From assembly GCA_038087875.1 (NCBI GenBank), contig CM075996.1:8806001-8870000 (forward strand): a stretch of 64,000 nucleotides of DNA, given 5' to 3'. Below, piece by piece: positions 51,537-63,960 of the stretch. Position numbers and translations under genes: made by a program. A model generated the notes under the pieces. It ran no database searches and had not been told where the DNA came from. It saw only the letters and a list, made by a program, of their open reading frames with translations. Source of the DNA: Malacoraja senta (Eukaryota). The stretch's first letter is position 1. Each line of letters starts with the position of its first letter.

Positions 51537-52167
51537 TTAGGGTACCAAAGCAGCTGTGGAAACGTTATCAGAGGTGACTAAAAATGGACACATATTTAGG
51601 TTCAGGCTAAGAGGTTTAGAGCATAGTCGAGGGCGACCTTTCTCACCCAGAGAGTGACAGGTACCTGGAATGCACTGCCTGACAGAGTGGTGGAAGCAGA
51701 GTCACAAACAGCATTTAAATAGCCTCTGGGCACATGAATCGCCGAGACACGGAAGGCAAATGCCAAGTATTAGATGGTGGGTTCATGCAGCTGGTCAGCG
51801 AGGATGTGTCTCCATGCCGTGTGACTTTATGATTCTGGCCAGACTGGGCACAGGCATCAATAGACCTGCTGAGCCAAATGGGCCTGATGTCAAAATGGAT
51901 ACCACAACGCCTGTGGCCAGAAATACTAACAGTTTTACTAGAACCAAGCTCATTAATTATCATGAACAAATACAGAATCATTGTCTGCAGTTATTAGCTA
52001 GGTAATGTCAAGGAGTAGGAAAGAACTACAGATGCTGGTTTAAATGAAAGATAGACACAAAATGCTGGAGTAACTCAGCGGGGCAGGCAGCCTCTCTGGA
52101 GAGAAGGAATGGGTGACGTTTCAGGTCGAGACCCTTCTTCAGACTGATCACACTGACAGCAATCAGA

Positions 52168-55018
52168 TCATAGAAACATAGAAAATAGGTGCAGGGGTAG
52201 GCCATTCGGCCCTTCGAGCCTGCACCGCCATTCAATATGATCATGGCTGATCATCCAACTCAGTATCCTGTACCTGTCTTCTCTCCATACCCCCTGATCC
52301 CTTTAGCCACAAGGGCCACATCTAACTCCCTCTTAAATATAGCCAATGAACTGGCCTCAACTACCTTCTGTGGCAGAGAATTCCACAGATTCACCACTCT
52401 GTGTGAAAAATGATTTTCTCATCTCGGTCCTAAAAGACTTCCCCCTTATCCTTAAACTGTGACCCCTTGTTCTGGACTTCCCCAACATCGGGAACAATCT
52501 TCCTGCATCTAGCCTGTCCAACCCCTTAAGAATCTTGTAAGTTTCTATAAGATCCCCCCTCAATCTTCTAAATTCTAGCGAGTACGAGTCTATCCAGTCT
52601 TTCTTCATATGAAAGTCCTGCCATCCCAGGAATCAGTCTGGTGAACCTTCTCTGTACTCCCTCTATGGCAAGAATGTCTTTCCTCAGATTTGGTGACCAA
52701 AACTGTACACAATACTCCAGTTGTGGCCTCACCAAGACCCTGTACAACTGCAGTAGAACCTCCCTGCTCTTATACTCCAATCCTTTTGCTATAAATGCTA
52801 ACATACCATTCGCTTTCTTCACTGCCTGCTGCACCTGCATGCCTACTTTCAATGACTGGTGTACCATGACACCCAGATCTCGTTGCATCTCCCCTTTTCC
52901 TAATCGGCCACCATTCAGATAATAGTCTACTTTCCCGTTTTTGCCACCAAAGTGGATAACCTCACATTTATCCACATTATACTGCATCTGCCATGCATTT
53001 GCCCACTCACCCAACCTATCCAAGTCACCTTGCAGCCTCCTAGCATCCTCCTCACAGCTAACACTGCCCCCCAGCTTCGTGTCATCCGCAAACTTGGAGA
53101 TGTTGCATTCAATTCCCTCATCCAGATCATTAATATATATTGTAAATAGCTGGGGTCCCAGCACTGAGCCTTGCGGAACCCCACTAGTCACTGCCTGCCA
53201 TTCTGAAAAGGACCCGTTTACTCCTACTCTTTGCTTCCTGTCTGCCAGCCAGTTCTCTATCCACATCAATACTGAACCCCCAATACCGTGTGCTTTAAGT
53301 TTGCATACTAATCTCTTATGTGTGACCTTGTCGAAAGCCTTCTGAAAGTCCAGATATAACACATCCATCCACTGGTTCTCCCTTATCCACTCTACTAGTT
53401 ACATCCTCGAAAAATTCTATAAGATTCGTCAGACATGATTTACCTTTCGTAAATCCATGCTGACTTTGTCCAATGATTTCACCACTTTCCAAATGTGCTG
53501 CTATCCCATCTTTAGTAACTGACTCTAGCATTTTCCCCACTACCGATGTTAGACTAACTGGTCTGTAATCCCCCTTTTCTGTCTGCCTCCCTTTTTAAAA
53601 AGTGGGGTTACATTAGCTACCCTGCAATCCTCAGGAACTACTCCAGAATCTAAAGAGTTCTGAAAAATTATCACTAATGCATCCACTATTTCTGGGGCTA
53701 CTTCCTTAAGTACTCTGGGATGCAGCCTGTCTGGCCCTGGGGATTTATCGGCCTTTAATCCATTCAATTTACCTAACACCACTTCCCGGCTAACTGGGAT
53801 TTCACTCAGTTCCTCCATCTCATTTGACCCCCGGTCCCCTGCTATTTCCGGCCGATTATTTATGTCTTCCTTAGTGAAGACAGAACCAAAGTAGTTATTC
53901 AATTGGTCTGCCATGTCCTTGTTCCCCATGATTAATTCACCTGTTTCTGACTGCAAGGGACCTACATTTGTTTTAACTAATCTCTTTCTCTTCACATATC
54001 TATAAAAACGTTTGCAGTCAGTTTTTATGTTCCCTGCCAGTTTTTTTTCATAATCTATTTTCCCTTTCCTAATTAAGCCCTTTGTCCTCCTCTGCTGCAC
54101 TGAATTTCTCCCAGTCCTCTGGTAGGCTGCTTTTTCTGGCTAATTTGTATGCTTCATCTTTTGTTTTGATACTATCCCTGATTTCCCTTGTTATCCACGG
54201 ATGCACTACCTTCCCTGATTTATTCTTTTGCCAAACTGGGATGAACAATTGTTGTAGTTCATCCATGCAGTCTTTAAATGCCTTCCATTGCATATCCACC
54301 GTCAACCCTTTAAGAATCACTTGCCAGTCTATCTTGGCCAATTCAAGTCTCATACCCTCAAAGTTACCCTTCTTTAAGTTCAGAACCCTTGTTTCTGAAT
54401 TAACAATGTCACTCTCCATCCTAATGAAAAACTCAACCATATTATGGTCACTCTTGCCCATTGGCCAGCACAACAAGACTGCTAACCAACCCTTCCTCAT
54501 TACTCAATACCCAGTCTAGAATAGCCTGTTGTCTCGTTGGTTCCTCTACATGTTGGTTTAGAAAACTATCCCGCATACATTCCAAGAAATCCTCTTCCTC
54601 AGCACCCCTGCCAATTTGATTCACCCAATCTATATGTAGATTGAAGTCACCCAATATAACTGTTTTACCTTTGTTGCACGCATTTCTAATTTCCTGTTTG
54701 ATGCCATCCCCAACTCCACTACTACTGTTAGGTGGCCTGTACACAACTCCCACTAGCGTTTTCTGCCCCTTAGTGTTTCGCAGCTCTACCCATATCGATT
54801 CCACATCCTCCAAGCTAATGTCCTTCCTTTCTATTGCGTTACTCTGCTCTCGAACCAGCAACGCTACGCCACCTCCTTTTCCTTTCGGTCTATCCCTTCT
54901 GAATATTGAATATCCCTGGATGTTCAGCTCCCAGCCTTGGTCACCCTGGAGCCATGTCTCCGTGATCCCAACTATATCATATTCATTAATAACTATCTGC
55001 ACGTTCAACTCATCCACC
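52168..55018 (-). mobile_element. 5'-truncated CR1 LINE, same subfamily as element A, inside a TAB1 intron
   Basis: Endonuclease and RT ORF pieces (54448-55041, 53549-54100, 52568-53368) are nearly identical to 9490-12280; (catagaaa)n tail. Confidence 0.94.
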
Positions 55019-55578
55019 TGATCATGGCTGATCGTCCCCAATCAATAACCCGTGCCTGCCTTCTCCCCATATCCCTTGATTCCACTAGCCCCTAGAGCTC
55101 TATCTAACTCTCTCTTAAATCCATCCAGTGATTTGGCCTCCACTGCCCTCTGTGGCAGGGAATTCCACAAATTCACAACTCTCTGGGTGAAAAAGTTTCT
55201 CATCTCACTCTTAAATGGCTTCCCCTTTATTCTACGACTGTGACCCCTGGTTCTGGACTCGCCCAACATTGGGAACATTTTTCCTGCATCTAGCTTGTCC
55301 AGTCCTTTTATAATTTTATATGTTTCTATAAGATTCCCCCTCATCCTTCTAAACTCCAGTGAATACAAGCCTAGTCTTTTCAATCTTTCCTCATATGACA
55401 GTCCCGCCGTCCCAGGGATCAATCTCGTGAACCTACGCTGCACTGCCTCAATCACAAGGATGTCCTTCCTCAAATTCGTAGACCAAAACTGGACACATTA
55501 CTCCAGATGTGGTCTCACCAGAGCCCTATTCAACTGCAGAAGAACCTCTTTACTCCTATACTGAAATCCTCTTGTTAT
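55019..55578 (-). mobile_element. CR1 LINE 3' fragment
   Basis: ORF 55042-55473: RKDILVIEAVQRRFTRLIPG..YGEKAGTGY. Confidence 0.9.
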
Positions 55579-55730
55579 GAATAGAGTTCTAGCCTGCTCA
55601 ACCTCTTCCTTTAGCTCAGGTTCTGGCAACATCTGGCAAAAGCATCGCTGGGCAAGGCAAATATTGGCCAGTGCAGAAGCTGCCACTTTGTCCCAAAGGC
55701 TGTGGGTAAGTGAAAGGTCATGGATGTTAC

Positions 55731-55817
55731 CTCGGGAAGCTGAGAATGCAGGTTGGCCTTTTCCGCCAGAGAATCATCAATCGATTCAAAGAAACTGCGC
55801 TCCACCACGTCGAAGGC
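55731..55817 (-). CDS. TAB1: TAB1 coding exon (exon 4 equivalent), 87 bp
   Basis: Encodes AFDVVERSFFESIDDSLAEKANLHSQLPE. Acceptor ctttccccgcag, donor gag|gtaaca; phase 0-0. Confidence 0.96.
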
Positions 55818-55944
55818 CTGCGGGGAAAGAGAACAAAGTGCTCTGCCGGTTTGCTCACACCAACTGTTCCATCCGAGACAAACTTGGAGCAGACAACAGC
55901 ACACAGAACTAAACGTCCCAAAGCAACAATCTGAAGCAGCATCT

Positions 55945-57170
55945 AGAGTCATAGAGTCATAGAGCCATACAGAGCGGAAACAGGCCCTTCGGCCCAACTT
56001 GCCCACACCAGCCAACATGTCCCAGTGACACTAGTCCTACCTGCCCGCGTTTGGTCCATATCCTGTCTTATCCAGGTACCTGTCTAACTGTTTCTTAAAT
56101 GCTGGGATAGTTCCAGCCTCAACTACCTCCTGTGGCAGCTTGTTCCATACACCCACCACCCTTTGTGTGGAAAAGTTACCCCTCGGATTTCTATTAAATC
56201 TTTTCCCCTTCACCTTAAACCAATGTCGTTTGGTCCTCATTTCACCTGCTGACTGTCCATCCACCCGATTTATTCCTCTCAGGACTTTATAGACCTCTAT
56301 AAGATCACCCCTCATCCCCCTGCGCTCCAAGGAATAGAGTCCCAGCCAGCTCAACCTCTCCCTATAGCTCTGAACCTCTAGCCCAGGCAACATCCTAGTA
56401 AATCCTCTCTGCACCCTTTCCATTTCGACCCGAAACGTCACCTATTCCTCTTTCCCCAGAGGTGCTGCCTGACTCGCTGAGTTACTCCAGCATTTGGGGT
56501 CTATCTTCAATGGACAGACCATTATTGGTTAGGAACTGTCAAAAACCTTAGAGTGCATATCTACGGGACACTGGTTGGAGTTGGAGATATCGACGTAAGG
56601 CAGAATGATCCAGTTGCAAGAGACCTTTCATCGCATTTGTATTAGTCCTGGTTCTCTGAAAGGAGGTTTATCCTCCTGCAAGGAATAGAGTCCTAGCCTG
56701 CTCAACCTCTCCCTTTAGCTCAGGTTCTGGCAATATCTTCTTCATGAATCTCCTCTGCACCCTTTCCAGCTTAACAAAATATTTCCAAAAACATGGTGCC
56801 CAAAACTGAATACAATACTCTAAATGTGGCCTCACCAACGTCTTGCATAACTGCAGCATGACCTCCCAACTTCTATACTCAATACTCTGACTTTGAGAGG
56901 AGGTCTGGTGGTGGAAAGCCTTTTTGGCCACCCTATCTATCTGTGACTCCACTCCAAGATCCCTCTGCTTCTACAACACTCTCCAGAGCTCTCCCATTCA
57001 CTGCCCATGTTAGACTTCCCAGAATGCAACACCTCACACTTGTCTGTATTAAATTCCATCAACCTCTCCTCAGCCTGCCTGCCCAACTGATCAAGATCCT
57101 GCTGCCACCATCTTCACTATTTACAATACCACCCATTGTTACATCATCTCCAAAATTGGTAATCATGCCA
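55945..57170 (-). mobile_element. Degenerate CR1 3' fragments
   Basis: ORFs 56037-56441 and 56668-56952 carry CR1 C-terminal motifs; interleaved with a Penelope remnant. Confidence 0.8.
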
Positions 57171-57680
57171 TGTGCGTTCTATTCCAACATGGCTTCTATT
57201 TACAGAAGCCAATTAACCTACAAAGCCATGCATCTTTGGGATTTAGCGGAAACCGGAATACCTGGAGGGAACGCACGCGGTCGCAGGGAGAAAGCGCATA
57301 CTCCATAAAGATAACGCCCGAGGTCAAGATCGAACCTGGATCGCTGGCGATGTGATGCAGCAGATCTACCGGCTGTGCCACCCAGGTCCATCCACCTCTG
57401 ACCCTGTAATATTCACTAGACAAATATAGACAAAAATGCTGGAGAAACTCAACGGGTGAGGCAGCATCTATGGAGCGAAGGGAATAGGCGATGTTTCGGG
57501 TCGAGACCCTTCTTCAGAATGATGTGGGGGGGGGTGCGGGAAGATTCACTTGTTCTTTTAATTAATTTATGCTCTCACGTGGAGGTTGCAAATGAAATGT
57601 TATCAGCCTGTGTGCCCTGAAATCTGCTACAATCTTTGAGCAGGACAATCGAGCACATCTATAATATTATCCCAGCCTAA

Positions 57681-57998
57681 AGCGGCTGTCCCACTGTACG
57701 AGCTAATTCATGAGTTCTCCCGAGTTTCCCCTGATTCGAACTCGGAGAATTACGGTAATAGCCGCTCGTAGGTACTCGGGGCTCTCGTGGACATTTTTCA
57801 ACATGTTGAAAAAACTTCACGAGTCTTCACGAGCTTACCGCGTTTCCCGAGTACCTGCCGTTAGTTTTACGAGCCGCTAAGAGACGCCCCGAGCTCCGAC
57901 GTACCCGCTACGTACATTCTACATGCTTACCACGAGTTTGATTTTTTTTAAAAACTCGGGAGAGCTCTTGAATTACCTCGTACAGTGGGACAGGCCTT
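57681..57998. mobile_element. PIF/Harbinger-type MITE 55 bp from a TAB1 splice donor
   Basis: TIRs ctgtcccactgtacgag / ctcgtacagtgggacag; flanks TAA / TTA; same subfamily as 25502-25831. Confidence 0.85.
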
Positions 57999-58053
57999 TT
58001 ACTTGATCGCAGCCGGCAACATGAGGAAGTAGACCGAGAGCGGAGGGCAGTAC

Positions 58054-58204
58054 CTGCAGTAGCACCTTGCGTACATCAGCATCATTGCGGCTCAGGGTCA
58101 GCTGCCCCAGCAGCAGCTCTGCCGTCAGCCTCTGCGTCACAAACTGCGACACCCGGCTGCCGTCGTATCCATTGAAGACACCGTAAAGGAAGCATTCGTC
58201 TTCC
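58054..58204 (-). CDS. TAB1: TAB1 coding exon (human exon 3 equivalent), 151 bp
   Basis: Encodes (R)EDECFLYGVFNGYDGSRVSQFVTQRLTAELLLGQLTLSRNDADVRKVLLQ, the TAB1 pseudo-PP2C N-terminal region. Acceptor tctcctccag and donor cag|gtactg on the minus strand; ends in phase 0. Confidence 0.96.
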
Positions 58205-58467
58205 CTGGAGGAGAGAAAAAGGAAATTAATGGGCAGCACAATGAAGTAGTTGGCAGAGTTGCTGCCTCACAACGCCAAAGACCTGGGTTCAATCCCGACC
58301 TGGGATGCGGTCTTGGAGTGGCCTTCCCCACCATCCAAGGGATTTACCGGAATCGCTGCCTCAAAAGGGCAGCCAGCATCATCAGAGACCCACACCACCC
58401 TGGCCACACTCATTTCACCCCTGCCATCGGGAAGAGGGTACAGGAGCCTGAAAACTGTGACGTCCAG

Positions 58468-58995
58468 GTTCCTCACATTTATCCACATTATACTGCATCT
58501 GCCATGCATCTGCTCACTCACCTAACCTGTCCAAGTCATCCTGCAGCCTCATAGCATCCTCATCGCAGCTCACACTGCCACGCAGCTTTGTGTCATCTGC
58601 AAACTTGGAGATGTCACATTTAATTCCCTCGTCTAAATCGATAATATATATTGCAAATAACTGGAATCCGAGCACCGAGTCTTGCGGCACCTCACCACTC
58701 ACTGCCTGTCATTCTGAAAAGGACCCGTTAATTCCTACGCTTTGCTTCATGTCTGCCAACCAGTTCTCTATCCATGTCAATACACTATCCCCAATACCAT
58801 GTGCTCTAATTTTGCACTGATCTCTTGTGTGGGCCCTTGGCAAAGGCTTTTTGAATGTCCAGATACACTACATCCACTGGCTCTCCCTTATCCATTCTAC
58901 TTGTTACATCCTCAAAACATTCCAGAAGATTAGTCAAGCATGATTTCCCATTCATAAATCCATGCTGACTTTGACTGATCCTGTCACTGCTCCAG
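58468..58995 (-). mobile_element. CR1 RT fragment
   Basis: SQHGFMNGKSCLTNLLE; ISKFADDTKL. Confidence 0.88.
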
Positions 58996-59319
58996 ATCTC
59001 CAGTTTCCTCCCACACTCCAAAGATGTACAGGTCTGTAGGCTCATTGGCTTTGGTCTCATTGTAAATTGTCCCTGGTTCAATGGTCCTTTATTGTCACGT
59101 GCACAGAGGTACAGTGAAATTTACCCTACAGCATACAACAAAAAAGCAACAAAATAGCATAAAGATTAAACATAGACTGAGGTAACAGCCACCACAGTGG
59201 TGTGTGAGAATCCCCAGGGCACACACCATAAGCGGAGACCCACAGCCATCAGTTCAATGTCCGGGCCACACACACACGCTCCTTCACCGTGATGTGACCA
59301 GAGTTGGACCGACTGCTGG

Positions 59320-59860
59320 CACTATCTCTGCAGTCCCTGTCCGCCCGAACAGTCAGAAAGCCGTCCACACTCACACCAGACTCCAAGATGTCCTCATGGA
59401 GCCATGTCCCTGCAAACACCGAGATCACTGCACTCACAGCACTCGCTCCGAGTCCTCGCCAGTGCAGGCAGCACGTCCATCTTGTTTTTATGGCGACCTC
59501 ACATTCCCCACTGTGATAGAAGGCAAATATCTTACACCTTCTTTCATCCTTTTCTTCCGCGGTCGGGGCGATCGAAGCTCCCGCAGTCGGCGATCGAAGC
59601 CCCCTGCGGTTGGAGCTCCCAAAGTCGATCTCTAGCAAAGGGACCGCCAGCTCCACGATGTTCAGGCCGCAGTGCGGACGGAGATACGATATGGACAAAG
59701 TTTCATCTCCGTCGAGGGAAGAGATAAAAAATGTCCCCCAATCTCTCCCCCCCCCCCCCAAATACACAAACTAAAGATACACTAAAACATACAAGTAAAA
59801 ACAGACTTAAAAACAAAAGAAAAAATGGACGAGACAGGCTGTTGGCGAGGCTGCCCTGTA
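59320..59860 (-). mobile_element. LINE 5' remnant with a degenerate APE-endonuclease fragment (Rex/Babar- or L2-like)
   Basis: Minus-strand VFAGTWLHEDILESGVSVDGFLTVRADRD resembles the ETWL..GF...RADR endonuclease segment. Confidence 0.55.
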
Positions 59861-59877
59861 TGGAGGAGCTATCTTGG

Positions 59878-60837
59878 GGAACGGCTGCTAACCAGCAGCC
59901 GTCCGTTCAATTCACTTTTTTATTTAGTATTTAGGATTTTTTTCCTGTCTATGTCTAAGGGAATTTTGACTTTTAATGTAGGGGGGTAAGGGGGAAACTA
60001 TCTCTAGGTCCCTACCGGGTCGGTGAGGCAGCTTTTTCTCCGGGCTGCCCCGTCAACCCGACGTCGTGGCCTACCAGCGGGCCTGGAGCGGCGTTTTCCT
60101 GCGGGGACTGCCCAGCACCTTCAGCTTCGGTGGCGGCACAGCGCTGGAGCGCTATCGCGGAGCGGAGCAGGCGATGCCTTGCCTGGGTCGCCGCGCTGGA
60201 TCGACGCGCTGGAGCTCCGGTGAGCTGGACTGCCGAGCTCAACACCTCCGGGCTGCGGGACTGTGGAGCGGCCAGCTGCGGTGCCGACTCTAACATCGGG
60301 AGCCTCGGAGCTCCAAATCGGCGCGGCCTTGTCGGCTTCAGGTGCCACGGACTCCGGTAGGAGATCGGCCGTTCCAGCCGTCCCAGCCGCTGTGAGGACT
60401 CTCCCGACGCCGGGGCAACAACACCCGGCGAGAACGGCCAGGAACATCGGGCCTCCGTAGAGGCAACTGTGGAGGCCTCAATAGGCCTGACTTTGGGTGA
60501 ACTGGGATTGGGGACTGGACATTGTGCCTTCCCCCACAGTGGTAATCATTGTGGGGGGATGATTTTGTGTGTAATGTGTAGTGTCTATGTTAGTCTTTGT
60601 CCAAGATGGCGGTCGGAAGGGAGAGTGGACGCTGGCGCGCTTTAGCAGCCTCTGCTCTCTCTTCCATATTGTGTTTTTGATTTTTGTTTTTGGATTTAAT
60701 TCTATCTTTAATTTGTGTTCTGGTGATGTCTTTGCTATTTATTTCATTCCGCTTATATGTTTCTACACTATTTGTTAAACTTTGTAAGGTGTCCTTGAGA
60801 CTTTGTGAAAGGCGCCCATAAATAAAATCTATTATTA
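59878..60837 (+). repeat. Unclassified CpG-rich interspersed repeat ending in an L2-like tail
   Basis: Collinear with 63225-63960 (ttttctccg, gagcggcgttttcctgc, gaggcctcaatagg, cttcccccacagtgg); ends tgtaaggtgtccttgag..aataaa..(att)n. Confidence 0.7.
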
Positions 60838-60838
60838 T

Positions 60839-60853
60839 GGCGCCACCTGGTGG
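60839..60853 (-). promoter_or_regulatory. Candidate CTCF site
   Basis: Minus strand reads CCACCAGGTGGCGCC, a full match to the CCASYAGRKGGCRS consensus. Confidence 0.55.
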
Positions 60854-61909
60854 TGTAGTAGTGTGTGTAGAATAGTGTAAGTGTGCGGGGATCGTTGGTC
60901 AGCACGGACTCGGTGGGCCAAAGGGTCTGTTTCCGCTCTGTATCTTTAAACTAAACCTATTCCCATCACCTCAATGGACTGGTGTCAGTATAACAATGGG
61001 TAGTCGCCTGTCCACTTATCATTCCCAACAGCAACGTCGCAAAGCATGCTCTCTAATCACCGAGCAGTGCTGGGACATTTTTTTGGGGAGGGAGGGAACT
61101 CCATTTTTGGGGACAATTTTCATTGGAATAACTAGAGAAACAAGGAAGGTAGACAAAAATGCTGAGAAAATCAGCGGGTGAGGCAGCATCTATGGAGCGA
61201 AGGAATAGGTGACGTTTCGGGTCAAGACCCTTCTTCAGAAAGAAGGAAGATCTCTTCCATTTACAAAGTCATGAATTTTCAGCAAAACACACAAGCATAG
61301 TCCAAAGAAAGAACGACAACTTACATTTGAATGAAACTATTACAGAAAGCCCAAAATCTTTTTTTAGTTTTCGTTTTAGAGATGCAGCGTGAAAACATGC
61401 CCTTTAGCCCACCGAGTCCAAGCCGACCAACAATCGCCATACACTACCCCGTACACTAGGGGCAATTTACTGAAGCCAATTAACCTGCAATCCTGCACGT
61501 CTTTGGAATGTGGGAGGAAACCGGAGTACCCAGAGTAAACCCACGCAGTCACAAGTAGAATGTAAAGGCAGCACATGTAATCAGGATTGAACCAGAGTCT
61601 CCAGCCCTGTAAGGCTGCAACACCACCGCTGCGTCACCCCAGAGTGACAAAACGGATAGAAAACATCCAATACTGAGTGATATAAAGTGATGTTTGGACA
61701 GGGTTGTAGTAGGATATCAGAAACACACATATACCAATAACAATCCTCTTTGCTAAGAGATTGGCCATTCAAAGAAATGATGTTAAATGCCTCACAAATA
61801 ATACCTAGCTTAACTTCATCACCATCTCCCTTAGCTCCTCCATCTAGCCTCACAATTAGTAACGTCAATTCTATTGTCTCAAACCTTCTATCATTTCATC
61901 AATGGCCTT

Positions 61910-62656
61910 TCAGAGTCACACAGTATGGAAACAGACCCTACGGCCCAACTTGCCCATGCCAACCAACATGCCCCATCTACACTAGTCCCACCTGCCCACA
62001 TTTGGACTTTATCTTCCAGACCTTTCCTATCCATTTACCTGTCCACGTGTACAACCCTATAAGATCACCCATCCTCATGTACTCCAAGGAATAACATCCT
62101 AGCCTGCTCATCCTCTCCCTATAGCTGAAGCCCTCAAATCCTGGCAACATCTCGTAAATCTTCTATGCACCCTTTCCCGCTTAACAGCATATTTCCGACA
62201 ACAGGGCGAGCGAAACTGGCCAAATGTGGCCATACCAGAGTCTTGTACAACTGTAACATAACCTCCCAATTTTAGTATTCAATATTCTCACTGACGAAGG
62301 TTAATGTGCCAAAAGTCTCTACGACCCTATCTACCTGTGACACCACTTTGAAGGAACTATGTACCCAAACTCCTAGATCCCTCTGCTCTACAACACTCCC
62401 CAGGCCTCTGCCATTCATTATCTATGTCCTGCCCTGGTTAGACATCCCCAAATACCTCACACTTCTCTGTATTAACCTCCACTAGCCATTCCTCCGTCCA
62501 TCCGATCAAGATCCTGCTGCAATTTTTGACAACCATCTTCATTATCTACAATAACACCCACTTGAGTGTCATCTGCAAACTTACTAATCATGCCTTGTGT
62601 GATCTCATCCAAATCGATGACAAACAACAAATGGGCCCAGCGCCAAACCCTGAGGC
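61910..62656 (-). mobile_element. Old CR1 3' fragment
   Basis: Nucleotide similarity to the other CR1 3' ends (gtcatctgcaaacttactaat; ctataagatcacc; actagtcccacctgccc). Confidence 0.78.
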
Positions 62657-63224
62657 AGTCAGTTTTAGTTTATTGTCACATGCACCAAGGTACAGTGAAA
62701 AGCTTTTGTTGCGTGCTAATCAGGCAGCGGAAAGACAATACATGATTACAATCGGGCCATGCAGTATAGATACATGTTAAGGGAATAACGTTTAGTGCAA
62801 GGAAAGCCAGCAAATTCCGATCAAGGATAGTCCGAGGGTCACCAAAGGGGTAGATAGTAGTTCAGCACTGCTCTCTGGTTGTGGTAGGATAATAATAATA
62901 ATACATTTTATTTATGGGCACCTTTCAGGACACTCAAGGACACCTTACAGTTAAAACAAGTTTACAGACAAATTACAAGTTTACAACAAATTACAGAATT
63001 CGGAGAGGATGATTCAGTTGCCTGCTAACGGCTGGGAAGAAACTGTCCCCAAATCTGGTAGTGTGCGTTTTCACATTTCTATACCATTTGCCTGAAATGA
63101 GAGGGGAGAAGATGGAGTGGCCAGGGTGCCTCGCCCTAGATTATGCTGCTGGCCTTGCCGAGGCAGCGTGAGGTATAAATTGAGTCAATAGAATGGAGGT
63201 TGGTTTGGTTTCTAGGGGGCGCCG

Positions 63225-63960
63225 TCGAGAATGGCTGCCCTGCCAGCAGCTGTTAGTCTTTTCACCCTTTTTTAATTTTTAGTTAGTTAAAAGTGTTCGT
63301 TTTGGAGGTCTTTTAGTCTTTTTATGTGGGGGTGGGGGTGGGGGTGGGGAAAGGGGGAAACTATTCTTCTCAGTCCCTACCTGGTCGGAGATGCGGCTTT
63401 TCTCCGAGCCGTATCTTCGCCCCTTCCTCGCGGCCTACCGGCAGACTGGAGCGGCGTTTTCCTGCCGGGACCGGCCAGGACTTCAGCTTCAGCGGCGGCA
63501 CAGCGCTGAAGCACCATCGCGGAGCGGGCGATGCCCTAACCCGGATCACCGTGCAGCAAGCTGTGACAGCCGGCACCAACATCGCGAAGCTGCGGTCTGC
63601 GGTCTGCGGAGCTTCCAACCGCGGGCGGCGCTGAACTTTAAACACCGCGGAGCCTGGGATCTCACGACGAGATCGCCAGAGTCGGAGCTCCGACCAGCAC
63701 AGCTCGTGGACTTCGGGAGCCGCGGTCTCCTGGGAGGAAGCGGCCGCTCCAGACACTCCGGACCGCTGAGAGTGTTCACCCGATGCCAGAGCTTCATCAT
63801 CCAGCGAGAGGGCCTGAAGCATCGGGCTGCCATAGCGGCGACTGCAGAGGCCTCAATAGGCCCCGACTATGGGCGAACTGGGGATGGGACTGGACTTTGC
63901 TACCTTCCCCCACAGTGGGAACCATTGTGGGGGGATGTTTTATATTTATTATTAAATTCT
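63225..63960 (+). repeat. Second copy of the CpG-rich repeat family
   Basis: Shares ordered blocks with 59878-60570. Confidence 0.7.

Noticed and set aside
59878..63960. TAB1 CpG-island promoter or exons 1-2
   Set aside because: The CpG-rich blocks are two copies of a repeat. No SWTDDLP-type exon 2 sequence was seen, so the 5' exons probably lie beyond 64000.
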